Shown in pieces: positions 46,442-56,557 of a DNA stretch of 64,000 bases; positions within the stretch are counted from its first letter, which is position 1, and the number at the start of each line of letters is the position of its first letter. The notes under the pieces are model-generated. The model was not told the origin of the DNA. It saw only the letters and a list, made by a program, of their open reading frames with translations, and searched no databases. Source of the stretch: an uncultured Gemmatimonadales bacterium (lineage in GTDB: Bacteria; Gemmatimonadota; Gemmatimonadetes; Longimicrobiales; RSA9); the NCBI GenBank assembly GCA_963798845.1, contig CAWCUS010000001.1, forward strand, positions 64,001 through 128,000, read 5' to 3'. The position numbers and the translations under genes are program-made.

Positions 46442-49400
46442 GGCCGCGTCTCCGGCTTGCCCGGGCGGTTCAGACGCTCGAAGTAGTCCAGGATCATGCG
46501 CCGGTACGCTGGCGGCAGCCCACGAAGCTGCTCCGCCGTGGGCGGAGGATAGCGGAGCGCCCCGTCCAGCAGCGCCGGGTCCGTTTCGGACGGCGTCGAG
46601 ACCGGCCCGTCCTCCGCGCTGCGGCTCTCCCGCTGATCGCTGTACTCGTCCCGCTCCATCGTGCGACCCGCGTCCAGCAGGTGGCGGAAAAGCTCCTCCT
46701 GGCGGCGCGTCACGCCCCCGTCCAGCCGCCCCTGCTCGAGCTGCCGTGCGATGGCGCTCGCGTCCGTCGTGAGCTGGCTCAGTCGCCCGCGCAGCCCTTC
46801 CTCACCGCCCATCATCCCGCTGAGGTCTCCCACCCTGCGGGCGATCCCTCGTTGCGCCTCCGCCGCCTGGTGCAGCGCCTGCGAGCGCGCGCCGGTGTCC
46901 AGCTCCATCCCTGCGACAGCCCCCACCTGCTGATTGAGCGATCCCTGCTCCTTCGCGAGCTGCCCCAGCTGCTCCAGCGTCTCCTGGCTGACACCGCCGC
47001 CTCGGGTAGGCTGGAGCCGCCCGTCGCTCTGGAGCAGGGACATTGCGAGCTGGTTCAGCGCCTCGACCGCCCGACCGGCCTCGTCCGTCGGCAGCGGCTC
47101 GTCCGCGTCCAGCCGCTCGACGGTCCGCTGCATGTCCAGCGTGGCTCGCGCCAGCGACTGCGCCACCTGCCGGTCCTGGCCCGCCGACCGCTCTCCGGCC
47201 TCCGACAGGTTCTGGCCGAGCTGCTCGAGCCCCTGCTGGAGCGTCTCCTGCTGCGACGCCATCTGCTGCACCGCGTCCCCGCCCGAGCCGTTCTGCTGCG
47301 CCGCCTCCATCTGTTGGCGGAGCTGCTCCTGTCGCTGTGCCAGCTCGAGCGCATCCTGCGTCGCCTGCCGCACCGCCTGCTGCGCCGCCTGCCGTCTGGC
47401 CTCCGTCATCTCCCGCCGGGCGGCGTCCAGCGTCTGGGCGGCGCTCGACATCTCCGCCGCCGCCTGCTTTCCGGCGGTGGACGCCTGCTGCCCCTGCTGC
47501 CTTTCGGACTGCTGGCCCGCTTTCCCCATGGACTGTTGCGCGGACTCCGTCTTCTTCCGCGCCGACCCCGTCTGCCCCGAGGCGCCCTGCTCGCCCATCT
47601 GGAGCAGCTGCTGCTGGAGCGATTCCAGCGACTGCGTCAGCTGCTTCGTCCTGTCCTGCAGCTCCTCCTGCTGCCGGCGCCGCTCCTTCCCCCCGCCACT
47701 CGGATGCGACCCGTTCTCCCCTCCAGGCTGGTGCGCGCTCGCCGAATCGGCCTGCGCCGAGTCGCCCGGCGCGGAATCCGCAGGAGCCCCGCCCTGCGGC
47801 GGCGAACGGCGCCCCCGTTCCCCCGCCGCTGTGGAGTCTTCCTGCGCGGCGCCTGCTGTGGACCGGGAAGCGCTCGTGGCGGTGGTGTCGCCCGCCGCCG
47901 TCTGCGGGGACGCCGTGCCAGCGCTGTCGGTTCCCGTGAGCGGCGAGGCCGCAGCCGGTGATGACTGCGCGTCGGCGGCAGGCCGCGGCGCCGCGGCCGT
48001 GCTGTCCGGCGCCATGGATGCGGCCAGGACCCTCTGTTCCCCCGCGATCTCCTCCGCCTCACGGGCGAGGGCGCTCAGCTTCTGCTCGGCCGCCGTGCGC
48101 CGGGCAGCCTCCGCGTCTTCCGCCAGCTGCTGTTTCAACTCCGCCTGCTGCTCGGCCAGCTTGTCGAGCGCTTTCTGGACGGCCTCCGCGTCCAGCGCTT
48201 CGACCGCCTTTCGGAGACGCTCGGACTCCTGTCTCGTCTCCGGCAGCTGTGCGCGACGATAGAGATCCTCCAGCTCCGCCAGCTTGCGCCGCAGGTCCGG
48301 ATCGTCCAGCCCGGCCCGCTCGGCCGCGGCCCGAAGCTCCGCCAGCTGCCGGGACAACAATGCCGCCCGGTCCAGCAACGCTTCCTGCTCGCGCAGCACC
48401 TCCGCAGCCTCGCTCGCATCCTGGAAACTCAACGGCTGGCCGTCACCGCCGCCGGCCGTCCCGCCGCGGCGACCTGCCTGCGCCTCCCCCGCCGCGCGCC
48501 GGCTGAGGTCCCGTGTGGTCTTTTCCAGTGTGGCGACGTCCCGGCTCAACGCTTCGGTGGCCGCGAGAAGGCGGTCCGCGGCGGCGGTCGCCCCTTCCCG
48601 CAGCTCCGACATCCCCGGCACCCGCAGCGTCTGCGTCGCGGACCGGCCAACTTGCCCCGAGGGAGCATTGTCCACGACTTCGATGCGGTATTCGACGACA
48701 TCCCCCGGCACCAGCGTCTCACCGCTGGCGTCGAGCACCGTCCGCAGCAGCGCCCTCGCCTCCCCGGCGGCGAGCGGCACACCGGACCGGTGTTCCGGGC
48801 CGGGCGCCCCGGTGGCCGGGACCCGACGGTAGACCAGCGACGCGGACGAGAGGCCGAAGTCGTCGCTCGCGTCGGCACCCACGCCCTGCTGCAGCCCGGG
48901 CGGCATCACCGTGTCCGGCGCCGGCGAAGTGATACGCACTTCCGGCGCTGCATCGGCTGTGACCTCCAGCTCCAGCGGCGATGGAACCCCGGCTGCGGCG
49001 CTCCCGGTCCCGCGCAGCCGCCAGGCCCACCGGCCGCTGGACCCCGCGTCCACGGTCCAGTCCATCTCGAAGCCACGCCCCTCGACCCCCGCCGCCCGCA
49101 TGCGCCCGTCACCTCGGACGAGTGAGAGCGACGCCAGGGGTCGCGTGGCCGAGCCTCTCACGCGCAGCACGGTGCCCTCAGGCACGCTGAGCCGCGGCAC
49201 CTCCCCCTCGTAGTGGTCCGCGGGGCGCCCGGTGTACGCCGGATAGCCCACATCCACCGCCAGCTCGGACAGGAGCAGCGGGTCGATCGGGGTCACATGG
49301 AAAGAGTCGGTTGCAGCCCCATCCGGGGCGCTGACCCAGTAGACCACGGGGGAGCGGATCGGACCCAGCGACGCGGTCGCCTGCCCGCCGTTGACCTCCA

Positions 49401-50121
49401 GCTTCCGGTCCCGGGGAACGTCGCCGACGGCGCGCCAGTGGAGCGCGGCCTCGCGGCGCAGGGGCGCTTCGACCTCCACGTCCAGCGCGCCGCCACGCTC
49501 GACCGAGGCGTCCCCCGGAGACACCGTGAGGGGCGGGAGCGCCGGCCCCCGCAGGTGCGAAACCGGGTGCAGCAGCGGCTTCCACGCCATCGCTGCCCGC
49601 CGGGGAGAAGCGAACCCGGCCGCAATCACCACCAGCCCCAGCAGCGCAGCGCCGGACAGCACGCGCGTCCGGCGCCGCCGCACCCCGCTTCCCAGCTCGC
49701 CTGCGAGCGCCGGCGCATCCTGGCCTTCCACGTGCCCGGCCAGCTGTGCCTCGGCGTGCCCGAACAGCACGCCTGAGACGCCGGGCGGCAGCTCCCGCGC
49801 CAGCTCCACGACCCCGCGCAGCGCCCCCTCGGGCAGCCCGCGGCTCCGCTCCGCCGCGGCCGCGATGGCCGCTTCGGTGAGCGGTCCGAGCCAGAGGTGC
49901 CGGAGCGCGACCGCCACGCCGACGGTCGTCAACGCTGCGCAGGTCACGGCTGCGAGCGGGCCCGCGCCGCGCAGCCCCCATGCGCCTGCGCCGTAGGCGA
50001 GGAGCAGCGTGACGGCGGGCACTGCGGCCGCGGCCGCCAGCAACGCCAGCCACGCGTCCCGGCGCACCCGCCGACGCACGCGCTCGAGGGCCGCCCGGAT
50101 CGTCTCCCCCGCCGGACTCAC
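46438..50121 (-). CDS. DUF4175-like membrane-anchored coiled-coil protein
   Basis: N-terminal TMs, Ig-like region (YPAYTG, D..PEV, ASDDFGL), Gln-rich coiled coil, terminal LPPAYR..I.DYF..L; GTGA-coupled start. Confidence 0.75.
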   Translation of the reverse strand: MSPAGETIRAALERVRRRVRRDAWLALLAAAAAVPAVTLLLAYGAGAWGLRGAGPLAAVTCAALTTVGVAVALRHLWLGPLTEAAIAAAAERSRGLPEGALRGVVELARELPPGVSGVLFGHAEAQLAGHVEGQDAPALAGELGSGVRRRRTRVLSGAALLGLVVIAAGFASPRRAAMAWKPLLHPVSHLRGPALPPLTVSPGDASVERGGALDVEVEAPLRREAALHWRAVGDVPRDRKLEVNGGQATASLGPIRSPVVYWVSAPDGAATDSFHVTPIDPLLLSELAVDVGYPAYTGRPADHYEGEVPRLSVPEGTVLRVRGSATRPLASLSLVRGDGRMRAAGVEGRGFEMDWTVDAGSSGRWAWRLRGTGSAAAGVPSPLELEVTADAAPEVRITSPAPDTVMPPGLQQGVGADASDDFGLSSASLVYRRVPATGAPGPEHRSGVPLAAGEARALLRTVLDASGETLVPGDVVEYRIEVVDNAPSGQVGRSATQTLRVPGMSELREGATAAADRLLAATEALSRDVATLEKTTRDLSRRAAGEAQAGRRGGTAGGGDGQPLSFQDASEAAEVLREQEALLDRAALLSRQLAELRAAAERAGLDDPDLRRKLAELEDLYRRAQLPETRQESERLRKAVEALDAEAVQKALDKLAEQQAELKQQLAEDAEAARRTAAEQKLSALAREAEEIAGEQRVLAASMAPDSTAAAPRPAADAQSSPAAASPLTGTDSAGTASPQTAAGDTTATSASRSTAGAAQEDSTAAGERGRRSPPQGGAPADSAPGDSAQADSASAHQPGGENGSHPSGGGKERRRQQEELQDRTKQLTQSLESLQQQLLQMGEQGASGQTGSARKKTESAQQSMGKAGQQSERQQGQQASTAGKQAAAEMSSAAQTLDAARREMTEARRQAAQQAVRQATQDALELAQRQEQLRQQMEAAQQNGSGGDAVQQMASQQETLQQGLEQLGQNLSEAGERSAGQDRQVAQSLARATLDMQRTVERLDADEPLPTDEAGRAVEALNQLAMSLLQSDGRLQPTRGGGVSQETLEQLGQLAKEQGSLNQQVGAVAGMELDTGARSQALHQAAEAQRGIARRVGDLSGMMGGEEGLRGRLSQLTTDASAIARQLEQGRLDGGVTRRQEELFRHLLDAGRTMERDEYSDQRESRSAEDGPVSTPSETDPALLDGALRYPPPTAEQLRGLPPAYRRMILDYFERLNRPGKPETRP

Positions 50122-50795
50122 CGCGCCTCCTGCGCGAGCGCGTACGCGAACAGGTTCGTCCCCATCCGCAAAGCCGCCTGCCGGAGCGAGTCCGGGTCGT
50201 GGTGCACCGACTGGTTCTCCCACCCGTCGCCCAGGTCCGACTGGTAGCTGTAGTAGACTACCAGACGGCCGTTCCGGAAGATGCCGAATCCCTGCGCCGG
50301 CAGCCCGTCGTGCTCGTGGATCTTCGGAAGCCCCATCGGGAAGTCGAACACGAGGTGGTAGATCGGGTGCGAGAGTGGGACCTCGACCAGCTCGGCATCG
50401 GGGAATACCCGCGCGATCTCCCGGCGGAAGCTCCGGTCCAGCCCGTAGTTGTCGTCCGCGTGCAGGAACCCGCCGCCGTCCAGATACGTCCGCAGCGCCT
50501 CCACCTCGCGGTCGCTCAGGTGGATGTTCCCGTGGCCGGTGATGTACAGGTAGGGATACTCCCGCAGCGCCGGGTCAGTCAGGCGCACGTGCGCCGGCTG
50601 CGTCGCCAGGGGGAAGCCCGTCTCCTCGGAAATGAACCCGAGCAGGTTCGGCAGCGATGATGGGTTCGCGTACCAGTCCCCGCCGCCATCGTACTGCACC
50701 TGGGCGATGGTCAGCTCGGGAGGTTTCGCTTCCGGCACCGGCGTGGCGGCCGTCGCCACCCCCAGCAGGGGAATCCACAGGAAGGGGGACTTCAA
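50118..50795 (-). CDS. DUF4159-domain protein
   Basis: YDGGGDWY.NP, YITGHG, GGFLHADDNYG, HPIYH, PKIHEHD, DLGDGWE, MGTN; TTG start. Confidence 0.85.
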   Translation of the reverse strand: MKSPFLWIPLLGVATAATPVPEAKPPELTIAQVQYDGGGDWYANPSSLPNLLGFISEETGFPLATQPAHVRLTDPALREYPYLYITGHGNIHLSDREVEALRTYLDGGGFLHADDNYGLDRSFRREIARVFPDAELVEVPLSHPIYHLVFDFPMGLPKIHEHDGLPAQGFGIFRNGRLVVYYSYQSDLGDGWENQSVHHDPDSLRQAALRMGTNLFAYALAQEAR

Positions 50796-50806
50796 CTTCA
50801 GGACAG

Positions 50807-51637
50807 CTACTCCTTCAAGCGTTGCACGACCTCGTACGCACGGTTCCGTGACATTCCGAGCCGCCGCGCCACCTCCCGCGCCACCACGCTCGGCCGCTCC
50901 CCTTCCCCCAGCAACGCCTGCGCCAATGCAGACGCCGCCTCCTCGTCCACCGCGGCCGATACACCGGTTCCGCCCCCCACGACCACCACAACCTCTCCGC
51001 GCACGCCGGACTCCCGATAGTGCGCGGCCACCTCGCCCAGGGGGCCGCGCCGGTGCTCTTCGTGGACTTTCGTCAGCTCCCGGGCGACGGAAACCCGCCG
51101 CTCCGATCCCAGCCGGTCCACCAGCTCCTCCAGCAGCTTCACCAGCCGGCCGGGGCTCTCGTACACCACCGCCGTGTGGCGCAGCATCTCCAGCTCGTCC
51201 AACCGCTCCCGCCGCTCGCGTCCGCTCCGCGGAAGAAAGCCGTAGAACGTGAACGGCTCCACCGGGAGCCCCGACGCCACCAGCGCCGCCAACACCGCCG
51301 ACGCCCCCGGCACCGGGACCAGGTCGTGACCCGCCTCGACCACCGCGCCCACCAGCCGCGCCCCCGGGTCGGACACCAGCGGTGTCCCCGCGTCCGAAAC
51401 CAGAGCCAGGCTCTCGCCTTCGGACAGCCAGCCCAGCACCTGGTGTGCCCGGGCCGCTTCATTGTGTTCGTGCAGAGAGACCAGCGGCGTGTCGATCCCG
51501 TGCTTTCTGCACAGGATCGCGGTGCGGCGGGTGTCCTCCGCCAGGATCCGGTCCACCGACCGCAGCACCTCCAGCGCGCGCAGTGTCGCATCGGAGAGGT
51601 TGCCGATCGGCGTGCTCACAATATAGAGGCGCGCCAT
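50807..51637 (-). CDS. rsmI: 16S rRNA (cytidine1402-2'-O)-methyltransferase
   Basis: LYIVSTPIGNL, AEDTR, SDAGTPLVSDPG, YESP, RELTK.HEE. Confidence 0.95.
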   Translation of the reverse strand: MARLYIVSTPIGNLSDATLRALEVLRSVDRILAEDTRRTAILCRKHGIDTPLVSLHEHNEAARAHQVLGWLSEGESLALVSDAGTPLVSDPGARLVGAVVEAGHDLVPVPGASAVLAALVASGLPVEPFTFYGFLPRSGRERRERLDELEMLRHTAVVYESPGRLVKLLEELVDRLGSERRVSVARELTKVHEEHRRGPLGEVAAHYRESGVRGEVVVVVGGGTGVSAAVDEEAASALAQALLGEGERPSVVAREVARRLGMSRNRAYEVVQRLKE

Positions 51638-51791
51638 ATGTTTGTGGAACCCGGGCACGCCTCGCCCGGGTTCGTAGGGGTGGGGGTCTGGACTCCGGCC
51701 GGCCGCGCCGCCGCGCCGCCACAAACGGGAGCGGGGCAGGAGCGCTCGCCCCCACCCCGCCCTCTCCTGCGGTCCGCGCGCAGCCTGCCCG

Positions 51792-52130
51792 CTAGCTCAG
51801 GTGCTCCTGGATCTTCCGTTCCAGCATCGGCTTCGGGACGGCCCCCACCACGGTGTCCACGTGCTTGCCGTCCTTGAAGAAGAGAATGCTGGGGATGGAG
51901 CGGATGTTGAAGCGCATCGCGGTCTGCTGGTTGGAATCCACGTCCAGCTTGCCCACTTTCAGCTGGCCCTCGTATTCCTGCGCCAGCTGCTCCACCACGG
52001 GCGCCACCATCCGGCACGGTCCACACCAGGTGGCCCAGAAATCCACCATGGCGAGGCCCGCGCTGCCCTCGATCTCGGAGCCGAACGTGGAGTCATCCAC
52101 CACGACCAGCTTGCCGCCGTTTACAGCCAT
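51792..52130 (-). CDS. trxA: Thioredoxin
   Basis: DFWATWCGPC, IRSIP; GGAGG RBS before ATG 52130. Confidence 0.95.
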   Translation of the reverse strand: MAVNGGKLVVVDDSTFGSEIEGSAGLAMVDFWATWCGPCRMVAPVVEQLAQEYEGQLKVGKLDVDSNQQTAMRFNIRSIPSILFFKDGKHVDTVVGAVPKPMLERKIQEHLS

Positions 52131-52264
52131 CCGGCTACCTCCATTCATGCCTGCCGCGCGCTGCGCACGACCGGCTTCGTGTTCGCTCGAATCGGTCCAC
52201 CAGACCCGCAATATCCTGGCCGGTGGCCGCCGTGGCGGCCATCGGGAAAGGCGGGCGTGGACGG

Positions 52265-52729
52265 TCAATCCGGCCGGGACCCGGGCCCCGCGCCGGTGAT
52301 CTGCTCGACGTCGATCTTCTCGATGATCCACCCGCCATCGGCGCGCCGGACCACGAGGTGGGGGACGACGACCGTCCGGTCTCCCTTCTTCAACTGAACC
52401 AGCAGCTGAGTGGCGTCCTCCGAGCGTCCCGGTACCGTGCGGCGACCCAGGATGGTGAAATCGTCGTGGCGGAGGAGCGAAGCCAGCAGGTACATGCGGC
52501 GCTCCGCCCGCTCGCGCCCGTCCAGCTGGACGATCGTCTTCTCCCGCGTCCCGAACAGCTCGACCATGGTCGCGAGGTCGTTCGCGTTGGCCGCTTGCAG
52601 GAACCGCTCGACGACCAGGCCGGGACCGGGGGCTTCTCCCGCCGCCTGCACGGCTTGATGTCCTCCTCCACCACACGCGGACAGGGCCAGACCCACGGTG
52701 ACCAGCCCGATGACTCGCAGACGTCGCAT
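52265..52729 (-). CDS. Hypothetical lipoprotein (NTF2-like fold possible)
   Basis: Lipobox LSA-C; V..FL.A...D...M..L start and GGWII end; GGAAAGGA RBS. Confidence 0.7.
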   Translation of the reverse strand: MRRLRVIGLVTVGLALSACGGGGHQAVQAAGEAPGPGLVVERFLQAANANDLATMVELFGTREKTIVQLDGRERAERRMYLLASLLRHDDFTILGRRTVPGRSEDATQLLVQLKKGDRTVVVPHLVVRRADGGWIIEKIDVEQITGAGPGSRPD

Positions 52730-52782
52730 CGCTTCCTTTCCCTCCCGGGGATCCCGGAACGTGATCGCGGATGGGGGCGGTG

Positions 52783-55407
52783 TCAAGCGACACCGCCCGC
52801 CGCTTCCGCCGCTGAGGGGACGACCTGGAAATCCAGCCGGTTCCCCTCCGGAGCCACGTCCACGCGGACGGTCGCGCCATCAGGGATATCCTCGTCCAGG
52901 ATCCGGATCGCGAGCGGGTTCTGCACCAGCCGTTGCACGGCGCGCTTGAGCGGCCTCGCTCCGAACGCGGGATCGTACCCGTCCCGCGCCACCAGCGCCT
53001 TGGCCGCGTCCGTGAGCTGCAGATCGATCCGCCGATCGGCCAGCAGGCGCTCGACGCGACGAAGCTGAAGCTCCACGATCCGTGACAGCTCCTCCTCGCC
53101 CAGTGGGCGGAAGACGATGACGTCGTCGACCCGGTTCAGGAACTCCGGTCTGAAGCTGCGCCGCAGCTCCGCCATGACGTGCGTTTCCGTGGCGCTCCAG
53201 TCCTCGCCCGAATGCTCCAGGATATAATGGCTTCCCAGGTTGGAGGTCATGATGATGACCACGTTGCGGAAGTCCACGGTACGGCCCTGGCTATCCGTCA
53301 GCCGTCCGTCGTCGAGGATCTGGAGCAGGATGTTGAACACGTCCGGATGCGCCTTCTCGATCTCGTCGAACAGGACCACGCTGTACGGCCGCCGCCGCAC
53401 CTGCTCGGTCAGCTGACCGCCCTCCTCGTACCCGACGTAGCCGGGTGGCGCCCCGATCAGGCGCGCCACGGCGTGCTTCTCCATGTACTCGGACATGTCG
53501 ATGCGGACCATGGCGTCCTCGTCGTCGAACAGGAACTCGGCAAGCGCGCGCGCCGTCTCGGTCTTCCCCACCCCGGTCGGCCCCAGGAAGATGAAGCTGC
53601 CGATGGGACGAGCCGGATCCTGGAGTCCCGCCCGGCTCCGTCGCACCGCGTCCGACACTGCACGAAGCGCGGGCGCCTGGCCCACGACGCGCGCACCCAG
53701 CAGGGTTTCCAGCTGGCGCAACCGCTGGCGCTCGGTCTCCAGCATCCGGCTCACCGGGATCCCCGTCCAGCGAGAGACCACTTCCGCGATGTCCTCCGCG
53801 TCCACCTCCTCCTTCAGGAACTGGGTCTCGGACTGGAGCTCCTCCAGTCGTGCCTCCGCCTCGGTCAGCTCCCGCTGCGTCTGCGGGATTTCGCCGTACT
53901 GGATTTCGGCGGCGCGGCTCAGGTCACCCGTTCGCGTCGCCCGCTCGACCTCCACCTTCAGCTCGTCGATCCGCTCCTTCAGGTCGCGAATGCGCGCGAT
54001 CCGCTCCTTCTCACTCTGCCACTGCGCCTTCATCCCGCTCGCTTCCTCGCGCAGCCCGGCCAGCTCGTGCTCGATCGCTTGCCGCCGCTGGATCGCTTCC
54101 GGGTCCTCCTCCGTTCTCATCGCCTCCTTCTCGATCTCCAGCTGCGTGATCCGCCGCTCCACCTCATCGATCTCCTGCGGCAGGCTGTCGATCTCGATCC
54201 GCAGCCGGCTCGCCGCTTCGTCCACGAGGTCGATTGCCTTGTCCGGCAGGAACCGGCCGCCGATATAGCGGTCGCTCAGCCGGGCCGCCGCGATCAGCGC
54301 CGCGTCCGTGATTCGCACCCCGTGGTGGACCTCGTAGCGCTCCTTCAGGCCACGCAGGATGGCGATGGCGTCCTCCACGCTCGGCTCGCCCACGTACACC
54401 GGCTGGAAGCGCCGCTCCAGCGCCGCGTCCTTCTCGATGTGCTTGCGATACTCGTCCAGCGTCGTAGCGCCCACCACGTGCAGCTCGCCCCGCGCCAGCG
54501 GCGGCTTGATCATGTTGCCGGCATCCACCGCCCCCTCCGCCGCCCCCGCCCCGACCAGCGTGTGGAGCTCGTCGATGAACACCACGAACCGACCCTGCCC
54601 TTCCGTCAGCTCCTTCAGCACCGCCTTGAACCGCTCCTCGAATTCACCACGGTATTTCGCCCCGGCCACGATCGCGCTGATGTCCAGCTGGAGCAGCGCC
54701 TTCTCCTTCAGGCTCTCAGGCACGTCACCACTGACCATGCGCTGCGCGAGCCCCTCGACGATCGCCGTCTTCCCGACGCCCGGCTCCCCGATCAGCACCG
54801 GGTTGTTCTTCGTGCGGCGGCTCAGCACCTGAACCACTCGCCGGATCTCCTCGTCCCGCCCGATCACCGGGTCCAGCTTCCCCTGCCTCGCCAGCGCCGT
54901 GAGGTCGCGGCTGAACCGCTCCAGGGCACGGTACTTCTGCTCCGGCTCCTGGGTCGTCACCCGGTGCGGCCCTCGCACCGCCTCCAGCGCCTGCAGGAGC
55001 GCGCCGTGTGTCGCGCCCTCACCCTCCAGCAGCTCCTTCGACGTGCTCCCCTTCTGACCCGCCAGTGCCAGCAGAAGATGCTCCGTCGAGACGTATTCGT
55101 CGCCCAGCGACCGCGCTTCATCTTCGGCCCGGTCCAGGATCTGGTTCAGCTCACGGCTCAGCGTCGGACGCACGCCCCCGGTCTGCTTCGGCAGCCGCTC
55201 CAGCGCCGACGCCACCCGCTCCCGCACCCGCGCCACGTTCAGCTCCACCTTGTGGAGGATCGGTACCACTACCGTCTCCTCCTGCTCCAGCAGCGCGTGC
55301 AGCAGATGCAGATCTTCCAGGCTGGGGTTGCCCCGCCGCTGCGCATCCGCCGATGCGGCCTGGATGGCCTCGCCCGCCTTGATGGTCAGCCTCTCTGAAT
55401 TCAGCAT
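52783..55407 (-). CDS. clpB: ATP-dependent chaperone ClpB
   Basis: [20 protein letters not shown], long M-domain coiled coil, [26 protein letters not shown]. Confidence 0.97.
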   Translation of the reverse strand: MLNSERLTIKAGEAIQAASADAQRRGNPSLEDLHLLHALLEQEETVVVPILHKVELNVARVRERVASALERLPKQTGGVRPTLSRELNQILDRAEDEARSLGDEYVSTEHLLLALAGQKGSTSKELLEGEGATHGALLQALEAVRGPHRVTTQEPEQKYRALERFSRDLTALARQGKLDPVIGRDEEIRRVVQVLSRRTKNNPVLIGEPGVGKTAIVEGLAQRMVSGDVPESLKEKALLQLDISAIVAGAKYRGEFEERFKAVLKELTEGQGRFVVFIDELHTLVGAGAAEGAVDAGNMIKPPLARGELHVVGATTLDEYRKHIEKDAALERRFQPVYVGEPSVEDAIAILRGLKERYEVHHGVRITDAALIAAARLSDRYIGGRFLPDKAIDLVDEAASRLRIEIDSLPQEIDEVERRITQLEIEKEAMRTEEDPEAIQRRQAIEHELAGLREEASGMKAQWQSEKERIARIRDLKERIDELKVEVERATRTGDLSRAAEIQYGEIPQTQRELTEAEARLEELQSETQFLKEEVDAEDIAEVVSRWTGIPVSRMLETERQRLRQLETLLGARVVGQAPALRAVSDAVRRSRAGLQDPARPIGSFIFLGPTGVGKTETARALAEFLFDDEDAMVRIDMSEYMEKHAVARLIGAPPGYVGYEEGGQLTEQVRRRPYSVVLFDEIEKAHPDVFNILLQILDDGRLTDSQGRTVDFRNVVIIMTSNLGSHYILEHSGEDWSATETHVMAELRRSFRPEFLNRVDDVIVFRPLGEEELSRIVELQLRRVERLLADRRIDLQLTDAAKALVARDGYDPAFGARPLKRAVQRLVQNPLAIRILDEDIPDGATVRVDVAPEGNRLDFQVVPSAAEAAGGVA

Positions 55408-55626
55408 TCGATCCCCGCGTGCGACCGCGACATGCCCGGCCGCGCGATCGAGATCCCCTCGTCGCCCCGCCGGTGCTCCCGCAGGGTCCGGGTACACAAC
55501 CCGTGCCGCCTGCCGCTGCCGATTCGGCAGCCGGGGGATCCGCCCGCCCGGCTGTTGCGGACCGCCGCACCGGGTATCTTGTGGGGGTGGCAAACCGCGG
55601 CACGGGGATGGAGCCAGGTGACATCG

Positions 55627-56421
55627 ATGCGGGAACGTGACACGGCGGGCGGGCGTCTGCCCACGCGGGCACTGGCGGCAGGCGTGGTCCTGGCGATCCT
55701 GTCGGCGGCGGCGTGCGGCCATGGTCCGGCCGAGCAGGACGACGCGCTCACGGCGCCGGAATTCGTCGACATCGTAGTCGCGCTGAGGAAGGCCGAGCGC
55801 GGCCTGCAGCCCGCCGACAGCACGGCGCCGGAGTTCGAAGAGCGGAAGCAGGCGGTCCTGGCCGCACACCACGCGACGGAGAGCGACGTGCGCGCGTTCG
55901 TTGATGCGCACGGCGGTGACTTCGAGCTGATGACCGCGGTCTGGGACTCGATCACGCAGCGCCTCCGCTACGTCCCGCCCGACTCCTCGGAGGCCGCCGG
56001 GCCGGTCACGGCACCCGACAGCGGCCGGGCCACGGCGCCCGATAGCGGCCGGGCCACGGCGCCCGACAGCGGCCGGGCCACGGCGCCCGACAGCGGCCGG
56101 GCCACCGCGCCGGCTCGCGGCCGGGCCACTCCGCCCGACAGCGGCGGGGCCACCGCGCCGGCTCGCGGCCGGGTCCAGGCGCCGGACAGCGGTCCCGTCG
56201 CCGCCCTGGACACCGGCTCGGTCTCCGTGCGGGACAGCGGAGCGGGTACGGACGTTGCACAGCACGGGGTTTCGGACCGCAATCCACCGCCCGACCGAGG
56301 GAAGGACCGTGCTGGAACACAAGGACGGGAGCTGCACGGGGAACTGGCGGCTGACCGGGAGCGGCGAGAGCCGGATGATCACCTGCGACCGGTGTGGCGC
56401 GGGCTTCCGCCCCACGCCTGA
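55627..56421 (+). CDS. Hypothetical lipoprotein (DUF4296-like N-domain) with repeat tail
   Basis: Lipobox AAA-C; helical domain ending [13 protein letters not shown] repeats; true C-terminus uncertain. Confidence 0.6.
   Translation: MRERDTAGGRLPTRALAAGVVLAILSAAACGHGPAEQDDALTAPEFVDIVVALRKAERGLQPADSTAPEFEERKQAVLAAHHATESDVRAFVDAHGGDFELMTAVWDSITQRLRYVPPDSSEAAGPVTAPDSGRATAPDSGRATAPDSGRATAPDSGRATAPARGRATPPDSGGATAPARGRVQAPDSGPVAALDTGSVSVRDSGAGTDVAQHGVSDRNPPPDRGKDRAGTQGRELHGELAADRERREPDDHLRPVWRGLPPHA
56005..56196 (+). repeat. 24-bp tandem repeat x8 encoding ATAPDSGR variants
   Basis: Consensus GCCACGGCGCCCGACAGCGGCCGG; units 5 and 7 are the identical variant GCCACCGCGCCGGCTCGCGGCCGG. Confidence 0.9.
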
Positions 56422-56521
56422 GAATCGACTCGCCGCGATCGACGAGAACTACGCGGGGATCTACCTCCGGCGGCTCACCGCCGAGGGTGCGGCGGAGGGC
56501 GGCGACCGGGACGTCGCCTAG
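56309..56521 (+). CDS. Small hypothetical protein with H-x4-C...CxxC motif (70 aa)
   Basis: GAGGGAAGGA RBS before GTG 56309; host-like codons; HKDGSC...CDRCG. Confidence 0.55.
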   Translation: MLEHKDGSCTGNWRLTGSGESRMITCDRCGAGFRPTPENRLAAIDENYAGIYLRRLTAEGAAEGGDRDVA

Positions 56522-56557
56522 CGAGCCCCGTCCGCCGCGGCCCGCGCGGCGCTCCCC

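Noticed and set aside
55408..55626. CIRCE or other heat-shock operator upstream of clpB
   Set aside because: No TTAGCACTC-N9-GAGTGCTAA or comparable inverted repeat was found by eye
55408..56415. N-terminally extended ClpB (1210 aa) with RRGPAAVG repeats
   Set aside because: The extension is the antisense read of the repeat lipoprotein; ClpB homology begins at 55407
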